Assembly: GCA_964016885.1 (NCBI GenBank)
Contig: OZ024740.1
Span: 10,912,001 to 10,976,000 of the forward strand
Direction: 5' to 3'
Source of the DNA: Eledone cirrhosa
Lineage: Eukaryota
DNA length: 64,000 nt
A program made the translations under genes and the position numbers. Every line of letters starts with the position of its first letter. The stretch's first letter is position 1. Shown piece after piece: positions 28,195 through 41,190 of the stretch. The notes under the pieces are model-generated. The model saw nothing but the letters and a program-made list of their open reading frames with translations, did no database searches and had not been told where the DNA came from.

Positions 28195-31100
28195 GTGTTT
28201 GATATAGTTATGGTAGTGTTTTATACAGTTATGGTAGTGTTTGATACAGTTATGGGAGTGTTTGATACAGTTATGGTAGTGTTTGATACAGTTACGTTAC
28301 TGTTTGATACAGTTATGGTAGTGTTTGATATAGTTATGGTAGTGTTTGATACAGTTATGGTAGTGTTTGATACAGTTATGGGAGTGTTTGATACAGTTAT
28401 GGGAGTGTTTGATACAGTTATGGTAGTGTTTGATACAGTTATGGTAGTGTTTGATACAGTTATGGGAGTGTTTGATATAGTTATGGGAGTGTTTGATACA
28501 GTTATGGGAGTGTTTGATATAGTTATGGGAGTGTTTGATACAGTTATGGTAGTGTTTCATACAGTTATGTGAGGGTTTGATACAGTTATGGTAGCGTTTG
28601 ATATAGTTATGGGAGTGTTTGATACAGTTATGGTAGTGTTTGATACAGTTATGGGAGTGTTTGATACAGTTATGGGATTGTTTGATACAGTTATGGGAGT
28701 GTTTGATAAAATTATGGTAGTGTTTGATACAGTTATGGTAGTGTTTGATAGAGTTATGGTAGTGTTTGATACAGTTATGGGATTGTTTGATACAGTTATG
28801 GGAGTGTTTGATACAGTTATGGGAGTGTTTGATACAATTATGGCAGTGTTTGATACAGTTATGGGAGTGTTTGATACAATTATGGTAGTGTTTGATACAG
28901 TTATGGGAGTGTTTGATACAGTTATGGGAGTGTTTGATACAGTTATGGGAGTGTTTGATACTGTTATAGGAGTGTTTGATACAATTATGGGAGTGTTTGA
29001 TATAGTTATGGCAGTGTTTCATACAGTTATGGGAGTGTTTGATACAATTATGGGAGTGTTTGATACAGTTATGGGAGTGTTTGATACAGTTATGGGAGTG
29101 TTTGATACAGGTATAGGAGTGTTTGCTCCAGTTATGGGAGTGTTTGATACAATTATGGGAGTGTTTGATACAGTTATGGTAGTGTTTGATACAGTTATGG
29201 GAGTGTTTGATACAGTTATGGGAGTGTTTGATACAATTATGGGAGTGTTTGATACAGTTATGGTAGTGTTTGATACAATTATGGGAGTGTTTGATACAGT
29301 TATGGTAGTGTTTGATACAGTTATGGGAGTGTTTGATACAGTTATGGGAGTGTTTGATACAATTATGGGAGTGTTTGATACAGTTATGGTAGTGTTTGAT
29401 ACAGTTATGGTAGTGTTTGATACAGTTATGGTAGTGTTTGATACAGTTATGGTAGTGTTTCATACAGTTATGGGAGTGTTTGATACAGTTATGGGTGTGT
29501 TTGATACAATTATGGGAGTGTTTGATACAGTTATGGTAGTGTTTGATAGAGTTATGGTAGTGTTTGATACAGTTATGGTAGTGTTTGATACAGTTACGAT
29601 ACTGTTTGATACAGTTATGGGAGTGTTTGATACAGTTATGGGAGTGTTTGATACAGTTATGTGAGTGTTTGATACAGTTATAGAAGGGTTTGATACAGTT
29701 ATGTTAGTGTTTGATACAATTATGGAAGTGTTTGATACAGTTCTGGTAGTGTTTGATAAAGTTATGGTAGTGTTTGATACAGTTATGGGAGTGTTTGATA
29801 CAGTTATGGGAGTGTTTGATACAATTATGGGAGTGTTTGATACAATTATTGGAGTGTTTGATACAGTTATGGTAGTGTTTGATACAGTTATGGGAGTGTT
29901 TGATACAGTTATGGGATTGTTTGATACAATTATGGTAGTGTTTGATACAGTTATGGGAGTGTTTGTTACAGTTATGGGAGTGTTTGATACAATTATGGTA
30001 GTGTTTGATACAGTTATGGTAGTGTTTGATACAGTTATGGGAGTGTTTGGTACAGTTATGGGAGTGTTTGATACAGTTATAGGAGTGTTTGATACAGTTA
30101 TGGGAGTGTTTCATACAGTTATGGGAGTGTTTGGTAGAGTTATGGGAGTGTTTGATACAGTTATGGGAGTGTTTGATACAGTTATGGTAGTGTTTGATAC
30201 ATTTATGGGAGTGTTTGATACATTGATATGAGTGTTTGATATAGTTATGGCAGTGTTTGATACAGTTATGGGAGTGTTTGATACAGTTATGGGAGTGTTT
30301 GATACAGTTATGGGAGTGTTAGATACAGTTATGGTAGTGTTTGATACAGTTATGGTAGTGTTTGATACAGTTATGGGAGTGTTTGATACAGTTATGGTAG
30401 TGTTTGATACAATTATGGTAGTGTTTGATATAGTTATGGGAGTGTTTGATACAGTTATGGGAATGTTTGATACAGTTATGGGAGTGTTTGATACAGTTAT
30501 GGGAGTGTTTGATACAGTTATGGTAGTGTTTGATACAGTTATGGGAGTGTTTGATACAGTTATGGGAGTGTTTGATACAGTTATGATACTGTTTGATACA
30601 GTTATGGGAGTGTATGATACAGTTATGGTAGTGTTTGATACAGTTATGGTAGTGTTTGATACAGTTATGGGAGTGTTTGATACAGTTATGGGAGTGTTTG
30701 ATACAGTTATGGGAGCGTTTGATACAGTTATAGGAGTGTTTGATACAATTATAGGAGTGTTTGATACAGTTATGGGAGTGTGTGATACAGGTATGGGAGT
30801 GTTTCATACAGTTATGGGAGTGTTTGGTAGATTTATGGGAGTGTTTGATACAGTTATGGGAGTGTTTGATACAGTTATGGTAGTGTTTGATACAGTTATG
30901 GTAGTGTTTGATACAGTTATGGGAGTGTTTGATATAGTTATGGGAGTGTTTGATACAGTTATGGGAGTGTTTGATACAGTTATGGGAGTGTTTGATACAG
31001 TTATGGGAGTGTTTGATACAATTATGGTAGTGTTTGATACAGTCATGGGAGCGTTTGATACAGTTATGGGAGTGTTTGATACAGTTATGGGAGTGTTTGA

Positions 31101-34100
31101 TACAATTATGGTAGTGTTTGATACAATTCTGGTAGTGTTTGATACAGTTATGGTAGTGTTTGATATAGTTATGGGAGTGTTTGATACAGTTATGGGAATG
31201 TTTGATACAGTTATGGGTGTGTTTGATACAATTGTGGGAGTGTTTGATACATTATAGGTGTGTTTGGTACAGTTATGGGAGTGTTTGATACAGTTATGGG
31301 AGTATTTGATACAGTTATGGGAGTGTTTGATACAATTATGGGAGTGTTTGATACAGTTATGGGAGTGTTTGATACAGGTATAGGAGTGTTTGATACAGTT
31401 ATGGGAGTGTTTGATACAATTATGGGAGTGTTTGATACAGTTATGGGAGTGTTTGATACAGTTATGGGAGTGTTTGATACAATTATGGGAGTGTTTGATA
31501 CAATTATGGGAGTGTTTGATACAGTTATGGTAGTGTTTGATACAGTTATGGTAGTGTTTGATACAGTTATGGTAGTGTTTGATACAGTTATGGGAGTGTC
31601 AATACAGTTATGGGTGTGTTTGATACAATTATGGGAGTGTTTGATACAGTTATGGTAGTGTTTGATAGAGTTATGGTAGTGTTTGATACAGTTATGGTAG
31701 TGTTTGATAGTTACGATACTGTTTGATACAGTAATGGGAGTGTTTGATACAGTTATGGGAGTGTTTGATACAGTTATGTGAGTGTTTGATACAGTTATAG
31801 AAGGGTTTGATACAGTTATGGTAGTATTTGATACAATTATGGAAGTGTTTGATACAGTTCTGGTAGTGTTTGATAAAGTTATGGTAGTGTTTGATACAGT
31901 TATGGTAGTGTTTGATACAGTTATGGGAGTGTCAATACAGTTATGGGTGTGTTTGATACAATTATGGGAGTGTTTGATACAGTTATGGTAGTGTTTGATT
32001 GAGTTATGGTAGTGTTTGATACAGTTATGGTAGTGTTTGATACAGTTACGATACTGTTTGATACAGTTATGGGAGTGTTTGATACAGTTATGGGAGTGTT
32101 TGATACAGTTATGTGAGTGTTTGATACAGTTATAGAAGGGTTTGATACAGTTATGGTAGTGTTTGATACAATTATGGTAGTGTTTGATACAGTTATGGGA
32201 GTGTTTGATACAGTTATGGGAGTGTTTGATACAGTTATGGGAGTGTTTGATACAGTTATGGGAGCGTTTGATACAGTTATAGGAGTGTTTGATACAATTA
32301 TAGGAGTGTTTGATACAGTTATGGGAGTGTGTGATACAGTTATGGGAGTGTTTGATACAATTATGGTAGTGTTTGATATAGTTATGGGAGTGTTTTATAC
32401 AGTTATGGGAATGTTTGATACAGTTATGGGAGTGTTTGATACAGTTATGGTAGTGTTTGATACAGTTATGGGAGTGTTTGATACAGTTATGGGAGTGTTT
32501 GATACAGTTATGATACTGTTTGATACAGTTATGGGAGTGTATGATACAGTTATGGTAGTGTTTGATACAGTTATGGTAGTGTTTGATACAGTTATGGGAG
32601 TGTTTGATACAGTTATGGGATTGTTTGATACAGTTATGGGAGCGTTTGATACAGTTATAGGAGTGTTTGATACAATTATAGGAGTGTTTGATACAGTTAT
32701 GGGAGTGTGTGATACAGTTATGGGAGTGTTTGATACAATTATGGTAGTGTTTGATACAGTTATGGTAGTGTTTGATACAGTTATGGTAGTGTTTGATACA
32801 GTTATGGGAGTGTCAATACAGTTATGGGTGTGTTTGATACAATTATGGGAGTGTTTGATACAGTTATGGGAGTGTTTGATACAGTTATGGGAGTGTTTGA
32901 TACAGTTATGGGAGTGTCAATACAGTTATGGGAGTGTTTCATACAGTTATGGGAGTGTTTGGTAGATTTATGGGAGTGTTTGATACAGTTATGGGAGTGT
33001 TTGATACAGTTATGGTAGTGTTTGATACAGTTATGGTAGTGTTTGATACAGTTATGGGAGTGTTTGATATAGTTATGGGAGTGTTTGATACAGTTATGGG
33101 AGTGTTTGATACAGTTATGGGAGTGTTTGATACAGTTATGGGAGTGTTTGATACAATTGTGGTAGTGTTTGATACAGTCATGGGAGTGTTTGATACAATT
33201 ATGGGAGTGTTTGATACAATTATGGTAGTGTTTGATACAGTTATGGGAGTGTTTGATATAGTTATGGGAGTGTTTGATACAGTTATGGGAGTGTTTGATA
33301 CAGTTATGGGAGTGTTTGATACAGTTATGGGAGTGTTTGATACAATTATGGTAGTGTTTGATACAGTCATGGGAGTGTTTGATACAATTATGGGAGTGTT
33401 TGATACAATTATGGGAGTGTTTGATACAGTTATGGTAGTGTTTGATACAGTTATGGTAGTGTTTGATACAGTTATGGTAGTGTTTGATACAGTTATGGGA
33501 GTGTCAATACAGTTATGGGTGTGTTTGATACAATTATGGGAGTGTTTGATACAGTTATGGGAGTGTTTGATACAGTTATGGTAGTGTTTGATACAGTTAC
33601 GTTACTGTTTGATACAGTTATGGTAGTGTTTGATATAGTTATGGTAGTGTTTGATACAGTTATGGTAGTGTTTGATACAGTTATGGGAGTGTTTGATACA
33701 GTTATGGGAGTGTTTGATATAGTTATGGTAGTGTTTTATACAGTTATGGTAGTGTTTGATACAGTTATGGGAGTGTTTGATACAGTTATGGTAGTGTTTG
33801 ATACAGTTACGTTACTGTTTGATACAGTTATGGTAGTGTTTGATATAGTTATGGTAGTGTTTGATACAGTTATGGTAGTGTTTGATACAGTTATGGGAGT
33901 GTTTGATACAGTTATGGGAGTGTTTGATACAGTTATGGTAGTGTTTGATACAGTTATGGTAGTGTTTGATACAGTTATGGGAGTGTTTGATATAGTTATG
34001 GGAGTGTTTGATACAGTTATGGGAGTGTTTGATATAGTTATGGGAGTGTTTGATACAGTTATGGTAGTGTTTCATACAGTTATGTGAGGGTTTGATACAG

Positions 34101-37100
34101 TTATGGTAGCGTTTGATATAGTTATGGGAGTGTTTGATACAGTTATGGTAGTGTTTGATACAGTTATGGGAGTGTTTGATACAGTTATGGGATTGTTTGA
34201 TACAGTTATGGGAGTGTTTGATAAAATTATGGTAGTGTTTGATACAGTTATGGTAGTGTTTGATAGAGTTATGGTAGTGTTTGATACAGTTATGGGATTG
34301 TTTGATACAGTTATGGGAGTGTTTGATACAGTTATGGGAGTGTTTGATACAATTATGGCAGTGTTTGATACAGTTATGGGAGTGTTTGATACAATTATGG
34401 TAGTGTTTGATACAGTTATGGGAGTGTTTGATACAGTTATGGGAGTGTTTGATACAGTTATGGGAGTGTTTGATACTGTTATAGGAGTGTTTGATACAAT
34501 TATGGGAGTGTTTGATATAGTTATGGCAGTGTTTCATACAGTTATGGGAGTGTTTGATACAATTATGGGAGTGTTTGATACAGTTATGGGAGTGTTTGAT
34601 ACAGTTATGGGAGTGTTTGATACAGGTATAGGAGTGTTTGCTCCAGTTATGGGAGTGTTTGATACAATTATGGGAGTGTTTGATACAGTTATGGTAGTGT
34701 TTGATACAGTTATGGGAGTGTTTGATACAGTTATGGGAGTGTTTGATACAATTATGGGAGTGTTTGATACAGTTATGGTAGTGTTTGATACAATTATGGG
34801 AGTGTTTGATACAGTTATGGTAGTGTTTGATACAGTTATGGGAGTGTTTGATACAGTTATGGGAGTGTTTGATACAATTATGGGAGTGTTTGATACAGTT
34901 ATGGTAGTGTTTGATACAGTTATGGTAGTGTTTGATACAGTTATGGTAGTGTTTGATACAGTTATGGTAGTGTTTCATACAGTTATGGGAGTGTTTGATA
35001 CAGATATGGGTGTGTTTGATACAATTATGGGAGTGTTTGATACAGTTATGGTAGTGTTTGATAGAGTTATGGTAGTGTTTGATACAGTTATGGTAGTGTT
35101 TGATACAGTTACGATACTGTTTGATACAGTTATGGGAGTGTTTGATACAGTTATGGGAGTGTTTGATACAGTTATGTGAGTGTTTGATACAGTTATAGAA
35201 GGGTTTGATACAGTTATGTTAGTGTTTGATACAATTATGGAAGTGTTTGATACAGTTCTGGTAGTGTTTGATAAAGTTATGGTAGTGTTTGATACAGTTA
35301 TGGGAGTGTTTGATACAGTTATGGGAGTGTTTGATACAATTATGGGAGTGTTTGATACAATTATTGGAGTGTTTGATACAGTTATGGTAGTGTTTGATAC
35401 AGTTATGGGAGTGTTTGATACAGTTATGGGATTGTTTGATACAATTATGGTAGTGTTTGATACAGTTATGGGAGTGTTTGTTACAGTTATGGGAGTGTTT
35501 GATACAATTATGGTAGTGTTTGATACAGTTATGGTAGTGTTTGATACAGTTATGGGAGTGTTTGGTACAGTTATGGGAGTGTTTGATACAGTTATAGGAG
35601 TGTTTGATACAGTTATGGGAGTGTTTCATACAGTTATGGGAGTGTTTGGTAGAGTTATGGGAGTGTTTGATACAGTTATGGGAGTGTTTGATACAGTTAT
35701 GGTAGTGTTTGATACATTTATGGGAGTGTTTGATACATTGATATGAGTGTTTGATATAGTTATGGCAGTGTTTGATACAGTTATGGGAGTGTTTGATACA
35801 GTTATGGGAGTGTTTGATACAGTTATGGGAGTGTTAGATACAGTTATGGTAGTGTTTGATACAGTTATGGTAGTGTTTGATACAGTTATGGGAGTGTTTG
35901 ATACAGTTATGGTAGTGTTTGATACAATTATGGTAGTGTTTGATATAGTTATGGGAGTGTTTGATACAGTTATGGGAATGTTTGATACAGTTATGGGAGT
36001 GTTTGATACAGTTATGGGAGTGTTTGATACAGTTATGGTAGTGTTTGATACAGTTATGGGAGTGTTTGATACAGTTATGGGAGTGTTTGATACAGTTATG
36101 ATACTGTTTGATACAGTTATGGGAGTGTATGATACAGTTATGGTAGTGTTTGATACAGTTATGGTAGTGTTTGATACAGTTATGGGAGTGTTTGATACAG
36201 TTATGGGAGTGTTTGATACAGTTATGGGAGCGTTTGATACAGTTATAGGAGTGTTTGATACAATTATAGGAGTGTTTGATACAGTTATGGGAGTGTGTGA
36301 TACAGGTATGGGAGTGTTTCATACAGTTATGGGAGTGTTTGGTAGATTTATGGGAGTGTTTGATACAGTTATGGGAGTGTTTGATACAGTTATGGTAGTG
36401 TTTGATACAGTTATGGTAGTGTTTGATACAGTTATGGGAGTGTTTGATATAGTTATGGGAGTGTTTGATACAGTTATGGGAGTGTTTGATACAGTTATGG
36501 GAGTGTTTGATACAGTTATGGGAGTGTTTGATACAATTATGGTAGTGTTTGATACAGTCATGGGAGCGTTTGATACAGTTATGGGAGTGTTTGATACAGT
36601 TATGGGAGTGTTTGATACAATTATGGTAGTGTTTGATACAATTCTGGTAGTGTTTGATACAGTTATGGTAGTGTTTGATATAGTTATGGGAGTGTTTGAT
36701 ACAGTTATGGGAATGTTTGATACAGTTATGGGTGTGTTTGATACAATTGTGGGAGTGTTTGATACATTATAGGTGTGTTTGGTACAGTTATGGGAGTGTT
36801 TGATACAGTTATGGGAGTATTTGATACAGTTATGGGAGTGTTTGATACAATTATGGGAGTGTTTGATACAGTTATGGGAGTGTTTGATACAGGTATAGGA
36901 GTGTTTGATACAGTTATGGGAGTGTTTGATACAATTATGGGAGTGTTTGATACAGTTATGGGAGTGTTTGATACAGTTATGGGAGTGTTTGATACAATTA
37001 TGGGAGTGTTTGATACAATTATGGGAGTGTTTGATACAGTTATGGTAGTGTTTGATACAGTTATGGTAGTGTTTGATACAGTTATGGTAGTGTTTGATAC

Positions 37101-39095
37101 AGTTATGGGAGTGTCAATACAGTTATGGGTGTGTTTGATACAATTATGGGAGTGTTTGATACAGTTATGGTAGTGTTTGATAGAGTTATGGTAGTGTTTG
37201 ATACAGTTATGGTAGTGTTTGATAGTTACGATACTGTTTGATACAGTAATGGGAGTGTTTGATACAGTTATGGGAGTGTTTGATACAGTTATGTGAGTGT
37301 TTGATACAGTTATAGAAGGGTTTGATACAGTTATGGTAGTATTTGATACAATTATGGAAGTGTTTGATACAGTTCTGGTAGTGTTTGATAAAGTTATGGT
37401 AGTGTTTGATACAGTTATGGTAGTGTTTGATACAGTTATGGGAGTGTCAATACAGTTATGGGTGTGTTTGATACAATTATGGGAGTGTTTGATACAGTTA
37501 TGGTAGTGTTTGATTGAGTTATGGTAGTGTTTGATACAGTTATGGTAGTGTTTGATACAGTTACGATACTGTTTGATACAGTTATGGGAGTGTTTGATAC
37601 AGTTATGGGAGTGTTTGATACAGTTATGTGAGTGTTTGATACAGTTATAGAAGGGTTTGATACAGTTATGGTAGTGTTTGATACAATTATGGTAGTGTTT
37701 GATACAGTTATGGGAGTGTTTGATACAGTTATGGGAGTGTTTGATACAGTTATGGGAGTGTTTGATACAGTTATGGGAGCGTTTGATACAGTTATAGGAG
37801 TGTTTGATACAATTATAGGAGTGTTTGATACAGTTATGGGAGTGTGTGATACAGTTATGGGAGTGTTTGATACAATTATGGTAGTGTTTGATATAGTTAT
37901 GGGAGTGTTTTATACAGTTATGGGAATGTTTGATACAGTTATGGGAGTGTTTGATACAGTTATGGTAGTGTTTGATACAGTTATGGGAGTGTTTGATACA
38001 GTTATGGGAGTGTTTGATACAGTTATGATACTGTTTGATACAGTTATGGGAGTGTATGATACAGTTATGGTAGTGTTTGATACAGTTATGGTAGTGTTTG
38101 ATACAGTTATGGGAGTGTTTGATACAGTTATGGGATTGTTTGATACAGTTATGGGAGCGTTTGATACAGTTATAGGAGTGTTTGATACAATTATAGGAGT
38201 GTTTGATACAGTTATGGGAGTGTGTGATACAGTTATGGGAGTGTTTGATACAATTATGGTAGTGTTTGATACAGTTATGGTAGTGTTTGATACAGTTATG
38301 GTAGTGTTTGATACAGTTATGGGAGTGTCAATACAGTTATGGGTGTGTTTGATACAATTATGGGAGTGTTTGATACAGTTATGGGAGTGTTTGATACAGT
38401 TATGGGAGTGTTTGATACAGTTATGGGAGTGTCAATACAGTTATGGGAGTGTTTCATACAGTTATGGGAGTGTTTGGTAGATTTATGGGAGTGTTTGATA
38501 CAGTTATGGGAGTGTTTGATACAGTTATGGTAGTGTTTGATACAGTTATGGTAGTGTTTGATACAGTTATGGGAGTGTTTGATATAGTTATGGGAGTGTT
38601 TGATACAGTTATGGGAGTGTTTGATACAGTTATGGGAGTGTTTGATACAGTTATGGGAGTGTTTGATACAATTGTGGTAGTGTTTGATACAGTCATGGGA
38701 GTGTTTGATACAATTATGGGAGTGTTTGATACAATTATGGTAGTGTTTGATACAGTTATGGGAGTGTTTGATATAGTTATGGGAGTGTTTGATACAGTTA
38801 TGGGAGTGTTTGATACAGTTATGGGAGTGTTTGATACAGTTATGGGAGTGTTTGATACAATTATGGTAGTGTTTGATACAGTCATGGGAGTGTTTGATAC
38901 AATTATGGGAGTGTTTGATACAATTATGGGAGTGTTTGATACAGTTATGGTAGTGTTTGATACAGTTATGGTAGTGTTTGATACAGTTATGGTAGTGTTT
39001 GATACAGTTATGGGAGTGTCAATACAGTTATGGGTGTGTTTGATACAATTATGGGAGTGTTTGATACAGTTATGGGAGTGTTTGATACAGTTATG
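28195..39095 (+). repeat. Tandem duplication with 5,515-bp period (263 monomers minus 8 bp)
   Basis: ORF starts 28588/34103, 29665/35180, 30232/35747, 31260/36775, 31782/37297, 32117/37632, 32928/38443 and 33515/39030 all differ by 5515. The unit carries the same three classes of deletion monomer. Confidence 0.95.
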
Positions 39096-39939
39096 GGAGT
39101 GTTTGATACAGTTATGGTAGTGTTTGATACAATTCTGGTAGTGTTTGATACAGTTATGGTAGTGTTTGATATAGTTATGGGAGTGTTTGATACAGTTATG
39201 GGAATGTTTGATACAGTTATGGGTGTGTTTGATACAATTGTGGGAGTGTTTGATACATTATAGGTGTGTTTGGTACAGTTATGGGAGTGTTTGATACAGT
39301 TATGGGAGTGTTTGATACAGTTATGGGAGTGTTTGATACAATTATGGGAGTGTTTGATACAGTTATGGGAGTGTTTGATACAGGTATAGGAGTGTTTGAT
39401 ACAGTTATGGGAGTGTTTGATACAATTATGGGAGTGTTTGATACAGTTATGGGAGTGTTTGATACAGTTATGGGAGTGTTTGATACAATTATGGGAGTGT
39501 TTGATACAATTATGGGAGTGTTTGATACAGTTATGGTAGTGTTTGATACAGTTATGGTAGTGTTTGATACAGTTATGGTAGTGTTTGATACAGTTATGGG
39601 AGTGTCAATACAGTTATGGGTGTGTTTGATACAATTATGGGAGTGTTTGATACAGTTATGGTAGTGTTTGATAGAGTTATGGTAGTGTTTGATACAGTTA
39701 TGGTAGTGTTTGATACAGTTACGATACTGTTTGATACAGTTATGGGAGTGTTTGATACAGTTATGGGAGTGTTTGATACAGTTATGTGAGTGTTTGATAC
39801 AGTTATAGAAGTGTTTGATACAGTTATGGTAGTGTTTGATACAATTATGGAAGTGTTTGATACAGTTCTGGTAGTGTTTGATAAAGTTATGGTAGTGTTT
39901 GATACAGTTATGGGAGTGTTTGATACAATTATGGGAGTG

Positions 39940-41190
39940 TTTGATACAATTATGGGAGTGTTTGATACAGTTATGGTAGTGTTTGATACAGTTATGGGAG
40001 TGTTTGATACAGTTATGGGATTGTTTGATACAATTATGGTAGTGTTTGATACAGTTATGGGAGTGTTTGTTACAGTTATGGGAGTGTTTGATACAATTAT
40101 GGTAGTGTTTGATACAGTTATGGTAGTGTTTGATACAGTTATGGGAGTGTTTGATACAGTTATGGGAGTGTTTGATACAGTTATGGGAGTGTTTGATACA
40201 GTTATAGGAGTGTTTGATACAATTATGGGAGTGTTTGATATAGTTATGGCAGTGTTTCATACAGTTATGGGAGTGTTTGATACAATTATGGGAGTGTTTG
40301 ATACAGTTATGGGAGTGTTTGATACAGTTATGGGAGTGTTTGATACAGTTATGCGAGTGTTTGATACAATTATGGGAATGTTTGATACAGTTATGGGAGT
40401 GTTTGATACAGTTATGGTAGTGTTTGATACAGTTATGGGAGTGTTTGATACAGTTATGGTAGTGTTTGATACAGTTATGGTAGTGTTTGATACAGTTATG
40501 GGAGTGTTTGATATAGTTATGGGAGTGTTTGATACAGTTATGGGAGTGTATGATACAGTTATGGTAGTGTTTGATACAGTTATGGTAGTGTTTGATACAG
40601 TTATGGGAGTGTTTGATACAGTTATGGGAGTGTTTGATACAGTTATGGGAGCGTTTGATACAGTTATAGGAGTGTTTGATACAGTTATGGTAGTGTTTGA
40701 TACAGTTATGGGAGTGTTTGATACAGTTATGGGATTGTTTGATACAGTTATGGTAGTGTTTGATAGAGTGATGGTAGTGTTTGATACAATTATGGGAGTG
40801 TTTGATACAGTTATGGTAGTGTTTGATACAGTTATGGGAGTGTTTGATACAGTTATGGGATTGTTTGATACAATTATGGTAGTGTTTGATACAGTTATGG
40901 GAGTGTTTGTTACAGTTATGGGAGTGTTTGATACAATTATGGTAGTGTTTGATACAGTTATGGTAGTGTTTGATACAGTTATGGGAGTGTTTGATACAGT
41001 TATGGGAGTGTTTGATACAGTTATGGGAGTGTTTGATACAGTTATAGGAGTGTTTGATACAATTATGGGAGTGTTTGATATAGTTATGGCAGTGTTTCAT
41101 ACAGTTATGGGAGTGTTTGATACAATTATGGGAGTGTTTGATACAGTTATGGGAGTGTTTGATACAGTTATGGGAGTGTTTGATACAGTT
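39940..41190 (+). repeat. 840-bp-offset (40-monomer) duplication
   Basis: About 39940-40350 matches 40780-41190; GGATTG at 40021/40861 and GGCAGTGTTTCAT ending at 40260/41100. Confidence 0.85.
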
